Part shown: in pieces, positions 58,689 through 64,000 of the stretch
Layout of the letters: every line of letters begins with the position of its first letter
Position numbering within the stretch: position 1 is the first letter of the stretch
Origin: Thermodesulfobacteriota bacterium
GTDB lineage: Bacteria; Desulfobacterota; Desulfarculia; JACQYL01
NCBI GenBank assembly: GCA_963675595.2
Contig: CAXXLZ010000002.1
Coordinates: 2,816,001-2,880,000, forward strand
Direction: 5' to 3'
DNA: 64,000 nt
Notes under the pieces: generated by a model
What the model was told of the DNA's origin: nothing
Database searches by the model: none
Seen by the model: only the letters and a program-made list of their open reading frames with translations
Translations under genes and position numbers: made by a program

Positions 58689-60233
58689 ATGGCCGAACCC
58701 CCGGACACCATGGCGGAATTGGCGGAAAGCCTGTCTCGGATCGCTCGCGAAACCGGAATCCCGGAACCTCTCCTCGCCGCGTCCCTGGCCTTCCGTTTGC
58801 CTGTGCGCCGACGATCCCAACGCCGCCGGCTGTTCCTCCTGACGATTCGTTTCCTCAATTCTTCGACGGAACAAGGCTCCCAAGCCGGATACGGCATTCC
58901 CGTGCAACAGGAGCCCGTGGAGATTAACCCGGATTGGTTCCGCATGATCGACAAAGCCGTGGAGCAGGCGCATGCCTGGCATTCCTTGGGGATCCAAGTC
59001 CTAACGACGTTTTCGCACGGCGCCTTGAGAACCGGTCATCCGGAGCAGGCCGGGATTCTTTTCGCCTTCGGTCCCCTTCCCTCGTTGCCCACCCGAAAAA
59101 TCGCACTGCTGCATTCGAGAAAGCCGCGGCGCATCACCCCTGAAACCTCATGGCCGAGTGATACTCGGAAGGCCCTCGGACAAGCCGGCACCGCACCTTT
59201 TCAACTCGTCACGAGTTACGGCACTCCCGGATACGATTTGGCAACCTTCGCCGCCTCCAAGGAGGCGGAACACTTCTGGACGATCTGTCCCGACGACTCT
59301 CCCTTCCGTCTCGCCACAGCAGAGGAGCCCGCTCCCCTACTCAGACCCCGCCTCGATCTGTTCGCCCCTGAAAAGACCACCTGGTTGTGTTCTTTTCCTC
59401 CCGGGTGCGGTTCCGCGAAAGACCGAGAGATTCGGGATTGGACCGTGGCCGCAGTCGCCGACGAGCTTTGGGCCGTGGACGTGCGAGCCCGAGGGATCAT
59501 GGCGGCCGTCCTGGCCCACGCGCAAACTCGAGGAAAACCGGTTCGGAGGGTTTCCTCCTCTTCTGCCGCGTCCGGCTCGCCTAAGCCGTCGGGAACAAAG
59601 CCCGATCCCGCACCACTCCCGCGGATTCATGGAGCCTTTCATCCCTGCCGGCGGAGTCGGGCCGAAGCGATGCTTTTCCATTACACCCGTGCAAACCCGG
59701 GGCCCTGGCCGGGACAGACCATCAAAGAGCGGCTCGGGGAGATCCTTTCCGGTCGTCCGGAAATGGAACACACGGCCTTCCATGCATTGAAAAGAATCCT
59801 TGCAGAAGGACGGATCCGCGCGTCTTCAAGGCTGACACGGGGACGGCAGGCCGTGGTATGCTTCTCGGAATGCCCTCCCGCAGAGCTCGTGTTTCCCGCC
59901 TCCTGGAATCGAGCCCTGATTCGATGGAACTTCGAGCCTTACGGCCTCGTCTTTCCCTTGCACGCCCTCCGAAGGCTCGGCGTCATGCCCGTGATCTACG
60001 CGGGAGAAGAAACGTATGGGTCTCTGGGGGAAGCGGACGGATACCGGTTTCAACTCCATAATCCCCCCAAGACGGACTGGTCCCGGGAAAAGGAATGGAG
60101 ATTGCCCGGTGATCTAACGCTTGACCGGGTTCCCCCGGAACATCTGCGGGTTCTGGTAACCACGCGCCGCGAGGCGGAAGAAATACTGGATGCCTTTGGA
60201 ATTCGGGTTTGGGAAGGATTCGAACCCGGTTGA
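58689..60233 (+). CDS. hypothetical two-domain protein: SLOG/DprA-like + AbiGi/DUF2971 (ART-like) domain
   Basis: LVTSYGTPGYD...RDWTVAAVADELWAV...G...AQTRGKPV; then LFHYTR, RILAEGRIRAS, VCFSE, YGL, WSREKEWR. Confidence 0.5.
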   Translation: MAEPPDTMAELAESLSRIARETGIPEPLLAASLAFRLPVRRRSQRRRLFLLTIRFLNSSTEQGSQAGYGIPVQQEPVEINPDWFRMIDKAVEQAHAWHSLGIQVLTTFSHGALRTGHPEQAGILFAFGPLPSLPTRKIALLHSRKPRRITPETSWPSDTRKALGQAGTAPFQLVTSYGTPGYDLATFAASKEAEHFWTICPDDSPFRLATAEEPAPLLRPRLDLFAPEKTTWLCSFPPGCGSAKDREIRDWTVAAVADELWAVDVRARGIMAAVLAHAQTRGKPVRRVSSSSAASGSPKPSGTKPDPAPLPRIHGAFHPCRRSRAEAMLFHYTRANPGPWPGQTIKERLGEILSGRPEMEHTAFHALKRILAEGRIRASSRLTRGRQAVVCFSECPPAELVFPASWNRALIRWNFEPYGLVFPLHALRRLGVMPVIYAGEETYGSLGEADGYRFQLHNPPKTDWSREKEWRLPGDLTLDRVPPEHLRVLVTTRREAEEILDAFGIRVWEGFEPG

Positions 60234-60258
60234 TCCCGACCTACCGGAGAGGAAGCGT

Positions 60259-60645
60259 ATGAAGCTGACTGCATTGGATCATCTCGTTCTCACCGTCAAC
60301 GATGTGGACGTTACCCGCAGTTTTTATGCAAGGGTATTGGGTATGGAGGAAATCGTCTTTTCCGGCAATCGGAAAGCTCTGGCTTTCGGCGGACAAAAAA
60401 TCAACCTGCATCGGCGAGGATCCGAATTCGATCCCAAAGCGGAGCATCCCACACCGGGTTCGGCGGACCTCTGTTTTCTGACCGAGATTCCTCTCTTCGA
60501 GGCCATGGAACACGTCCGTTCCCAAGGTGTCGCAATCCTCGAAGGCCCCGTCGAACGAGTCGGGGCTTGCGGCCCCATTGTGTCCTTCTATTTCAGGGAC
60601 CCCGATGGAAATCTCATTGAAGTGGCCAACAGCGTCACCTCCTAG
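60259..60645 (+). CDS. VOC/glyoxalase family protein
   Basis: LDHLVLTV, FYARVLGM, QKINLH, PGSADLCF, YFRDPDGNLIE. Confidence 0.92.
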   Translation: MKLTALDHLVLTVNDVDVTRSFYARVLGMEEIVFSGNRKALAFGGQKINLHRRGSEFDPKAEHPTPGSADLCFLTEIPLFEAMEHVRSQGVAILEGPVERVGACGPIVSFYFRDPDGNLIEVANSVTS

Positions 60646-60689
60646 CCGGACCACGCGGATTTCAGGTCTGGGCCGTTTCGGAGGGAGGG

Positions 60690-61047
60690 GAAAGAGTCCC
60701 TTGTAGCCTCCGTCCACGGCCGGGTTCCACCATCATCCGAGGGTCCGGTTCTCAAGCGCGTCCGAAGGTTTCCGGCGAGCATTCACGGGGAGGACTTTCA
60801 CGAAAGTCCTCTCAAGATCTGAGAAGTAAGCCTCTCCCTTCACATCCACGGCTAAAGCTTGCTGACCGGACACTACCCGAGGCACACCCGACCCACTAAG
60901 CTCATACGAGCTGAAATGATGCTACCGGAAACGTGAGAATATCTCGAAAGCGTGTCCTAGGCCTGACGCGTGATGGGAGTGTCCCGTCCGTATCGTCCCG
61001 ATTTCAGGAACCTCGCCGGATACCGTGCCTTGTTCATCCCTGAGAGC
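60690..61047 (-). ncRNA. candidate large structured non-coding RNA (~355 nt), family unrecognised
   Basis: No ORF in the track here; nested long-range helices, GU pairs favouring the minus strand, own promoter. Confidence 0.6.
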
Positions 61048-61051
61048 GTTG

Positions 61052-61080
61052 ATAATAGCCCTTAGTGAACCCCTTCACAA
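61052..61080 (-). promoter_or_regulatory. sigma-70-like promoter overlapped by a Rex-type operator
   Basis: Minus strand TTGTGA-17nt-TATTAT; plus strand 61063-61080 TAGTGAA-CCCC-TTCACAA vs Rex consensus TTGTGAA-N4-TTCACAA. Confidence 0.6.
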
Positions 61081-61222
61081 AAAACAAATCCGGTTTACAA
61101 ATCTTCTCCGACCATCTCTTAAAAAGCTGATAGGATCCCTTCATCGAACGGTGGATCGCTTCCCCGGAATTGGGATTCGATCTCGACCACTGTTCCGGAA
61201 GATTTCAGCAAAAGGAGATGGA

Positions 61223-61654
61223 ATGATGAAGAAGACTTTTGTCGTTCTGTGTGTGGCGGCGTTGGGCATGGCAACGGCGGCGGGCTCGTCGGTCCATGCA
61301 ATGCCTTTGAGGAATTCAGGCGGAGGGATGATCGAACGTCATGACCTGGACGGCGACGGAAAGATCTCACGTGACGAGTTTCCGGGTCCCGACGAACACT
61401 TCGATCTTTTGGATGTGAACGGCGACGGATTTCTCGATGAAGAAGAGTCCTCGGTGGATCTTCGGCCGGAGAGCATGGAATGGCCCGTGCCCCAGCCATT
61501 CTATGAAGACGACGTGGACGGCGATGGAAAAGTCTCGCGCAGCGAGTTTACCGGACCTGCGGATCACTTCGATAGGTTCGACTTGAACGGGGATGGCTAC
61601 ATCGACCAAGACGAGGCTCGCAGGCATCCGCCCGGACCGCCGCCGGCCAGGTAA
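61223..61654 (+). CDS. secreted EF-hand protein (duplicated EF-hand pair)
   Basis: AAGGAG RBS; signal peptide; DLDGDGKISRDEF, DVNGDGFLDEEE, DVDGDGKVSRSEF, DLNGDGYIDQDE. Confidence 0.85.
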   Translation: MMKKTFVVLCVAALGMATAAGSSVHAMPLRNSGGGMIERHDLDGDGKISRDEFPGPDEHFDLLDVNGDGFLDEEESSVDLRPESMEWPVPQPFYEDDVDGDGKVSRSEFTGPADHFDRFDLNGDGYIDQDEARRHPPGPPPAR

Positions 61655-62068
61655 CGGCGCTCAAGACATGCAGCGGTTTCGGCGCAACCATGGCGCACGC
61701 CGAAGCTTCGGCAAGGGAATCCCGGACGGCCGTCGGTCGAACGATTCAGGGATGGAGGTCCGGGAACCCTGAAACCCGAAAAAGCGACCACGCGGACGAA
61801 ACAATTCGTTTAATCCGCAAGACCACCCGACGGCGGCTCCTTGCCGAGAGCCCGACTCCATCCCGCGCCGCGGCTATGAGCAAGCCGACCTTCCTTGAGA
61901 AACTCCCCCTCTTTTTCCCGACCATGACGTTTCAGCGTCGTCCTTGCTCTCCGGGGCCGTTTGGTGCATAATGCCGTTGGACTCCGCTTTGGAATCCTTT
62001 TTTTTTCGACGCCCCGATCATCGGGCTCTGCCCGACTCTTTCAAGCCCCGAAAGCCACTCAGCCGGAA

Positions 62069-62887
62069 ATGGACAAAGAAACTCCCGAAATTCCCTTAAA
62101 CGAGCGAAAAGCCCGCCTTGATCAGGCTGACGTGAACGTTGAAAAAGTACTCTGGGGGGAGGCGGACCCAGAGCCGACGTCCGAAACGACGGCTCCGACA
62201 CCGAAAACGGAGAAAGCTCGAAAGGCCAAAGCGAAGCTCCGTTTTTCCATGCCGTCCAAGCGAGTCCTCGTTATCACCGCCATCTGTCTCTTGATCGTCG
62301 CATCCATGGGCGCGCTCTTTCTCAGAAGCAAACCTCGGCGAATGCCGGACGTCCCGCCCGCTCCTCCGACCGAAAAGCCCGGCCCCGTTGTGACCGGGAA
62401 GGTTTACAGCCACGATTATTACCTTAGGCTGGTCAACCGAGTGGACCGAAGCCGAGAGAAGCTGACGCGCTTGCGATACGATCTCGATATCCTGAAGCAG
62501 AGATCCGAAATATTGAAGGATTTTCTAAAGATCATCCGAACGAGTCGATCCAACAACGAATTGATCCAATATTACCTTTCGGAGCTGAGTAAGGATTACT
62601 TCTCTTATCACGGATTACCCACGGACAGCCTTCTATCCAAGGAAGAAAAACGCAGAATCATGAACACGCTTTACGGCCGCCTGGGTGACGGCCGCATGCC
62701 CGGAGTGGCCGGACCTTCCGGCACCCTGGAGCGGCTCGATGCTTCCTCCGCCGAAACCCTGGTCAAGGCCACGGAGGCAAAGTTCAAGGCGTTGCAGGCC
62801 CAGGTACTGCGTATGGAAAAGTCCATCGACTGGAAAGAACGCCTGGTATTGTTCATGTATCAGAAGGGCTATGATCTGGACGGCTGA
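62069..62887 (+). CDS. hypothetical single-pass membrane protein with coiled coils
   Basis: TM VLVITAICLLIVASMGALFL, Pro-rich linker, two heptad segments; start uncertain. Confidence 0.6.
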   Translation: MDKETPEIPLNERKARLDQADVNVEKVLWGEADPEPTSETTAPTPKTEKARKAKAKLRFSMPSKRVLVITAICLLIVASMGALFLRSKPRRMPDVPPAPPTEKPGPVVTGKVYSHDYYLRLVNRVDRSREKLTRLRYDLDILKQRSEILKDFLKIIRTSRSNNELIQYYLSELSKDYFSYHGLPTDSLLSKEEKRRIMNTLYGRLGDGRMPGVAGPSGTLERLDASSAETLVKATEAKFKALQAQVLRMEKSIDWKERLVLFMYQKGYDLDG

Positions 62888-63155
62888 AACAGCTTTGGAC
62901 GAGTCCGTCACCCCTCCGTGAACCGTCCCCCGCGGTTCTTGGATCCACTGAAGGTCCCGTTGCGCCGTTCGCCGGCCCTTTCTCACGCTCACTTGAATCC
63001 GCCCATCATGGAACCTATATTTTAATTCGGCGAACCAAAACGGCAAAGCGAGCGGTAAAAAGAGCGCATTTCCGGCGTTCCGGTCGGACAAGTCTCGTGC
63101 CGTGGAGCGGCGATCCCACATTTGACGAAGATTCTGAAAGGATACGGAAAAAGGA

Positions 63156-64000
63156 ATGTCGAAACCCGTGATCGGGGTCACTATGGGAGATGTGGCGGGA
63201 GTCGGCCCCGAAATTATCGTGAAAATGCTCATCGAGGGGTCCGTTTTTGATTTCTGTCGGCTGCTTCTCATCGGAGATCGCCGGGCCTTGGAACTGGCCG
63301 CAGAGCGACTTGACTATGGAGAGGCTGTTTGCGAAATCGTGCGCGGAGAGGATGCCCGATCTCTATCTCGCGGGGTGTTCCTTTTGCCTGTGACCGATGA
63401 CGCGGCGGATAGAGTTCCCCTGGGGAAGGTGAATGCGGAGGCGGGAAAAGCCGCGGGACTGGCCATCCAAACCGCAGCCGAGCTGGCGCTTTCGGGTTCC
63501 ATCGACGGAATGGCCACCTGTCCCATCAACAAGGAAGGGCTCCGTTCCGCGGGTTATCCTCACCCGGGCCACACCGAGTTTCTGGCCGAGCTCACCGGTG
63601 CTCGAAATCCGATTATGATGCTGGCGGGGGATCGCCTCCGCGTAACCCTGGTTACGATCCATTGCCCTTTGAGCGAAGTGCCCGGTCGACTCACCACGGA
63701 AAAGATACTCGAAACCATTCTTGGTACGGATCGGGGTTTGCGTCTGGACTTCGGCATTCAGCGACCTAGGCTGGCCGTGGCCGCGCTGAATCCCCATGCC
63801 GGGGAAGCCGGACTGTTCGGTGACGAGGAATCCCGTTTGATCCAACCGGCCGTGCTGCAATCACGGGAACAAGGCGTGGATGCCTACGGTCCTTTGCCTC
63901 CGGACACGGTTTTCGTACATGCTTCGCAAGGCGCATACGACGCCGTGGTCTGCATGTACCACGACCAGGGGCTTATCCCCCTCAAGCTGCTTCATTTCTC
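63156..64000 (+). CDS. pdxA: 4-hydroxythreonine-4-phosphate dehydrogenase PdxA family (runs off window edge)
   Basis: Not in ORF track; MSKPVIGVTMGDVAGVGPE, TCPINKE, GHTEFL, LNPHAGE, GPLPPDT, MYHDQGLIPLK. Confidence 0.93.
   Translation, partial: MSKPVIGVTMGDVAGVGPEIIVKMLIEGSVFDFCRLLLIGDRRALELAAERLDYGEAVCEIVRGEDARSLSRGVFLLPVTDDAADRVPLGKVNAEAGKAAGLAIQTAAELALSGSIDGMATCPINKEGLRSAGYPHPGHTEFLAELTGARNPIMMLAGDRLRVTLVTIHCPLSEVPGRLTTEKILETILGTDRGLRLDFGIQRPRLAVAALNPHAGEAGLFGDEESRLIQPAVLQSREQGVDAYGPLPPDTVFVHASQGAYDAVVCMYHDQGLIPLKLLHF

Noticed and set aside
60690-61047. tmRNA, RNase P, SRP, 6S or cobalamin riboswitch identity
   Set aside because: No tRNA-like ends or TTCGA arm, no GAGGAAAGTCC, no SRP GGAAGGAAGCAG loop, no B12 box; no downstream same-strand gene
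1-64000. CRISPR arrays, tRNA/rRNA, prophage, transposases, reverse transcriptases
   Set aside because: No repeat-spacer arrays, cloverleafs or hallmark proteins seen

Overview
GC-rich (roughly 55-60% by eye) core-chromosome window from an anaerobic Desulfobacterota (deltaproteobacterial) bacterium, inferred from iorAB, mvhD-hdrD, the split glutamate synthase, sigma-54 regulators and a typical deltaproteobacterial palindromic repeat. About 45 protein genes: mgtE, thiamine salvage (thiD-thiN, cytX), two-component systems, a sigma-54/NifA-like-linked nitrogen assimilation cluster (three-gene glutamate synthase, nadE, glnA), iorAB, mvhD/hdrD-like, mrr, dciA, hisH and a partial pdxA. No tRNA, rRNA, CRISPR array or transposase was seen. 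Best leads: (1) an unannotated ~355-nt multi-helix RNA on the minus strand (~61047-60690) with its own sigma-70-like promoter overlapped by a near-perfect Rex operator and strand-biased GGA motifs; (2) a three-gene cytoskeletal operon (pseudo-receiver/coiled-coil protein, volactin/Mad28-like actin, bactofilin) outside any magnetosome context; (3) a sigma-54-driven structured RNA or leader ahead of the glutamate synthase genes; (4) a SLOG/DprA-like plus ADP-ribosyltransferase-like fusion; (5) several probable pseudo-enzyme domains. All family calls are from motif recognition by eye; no searches or folding were run.
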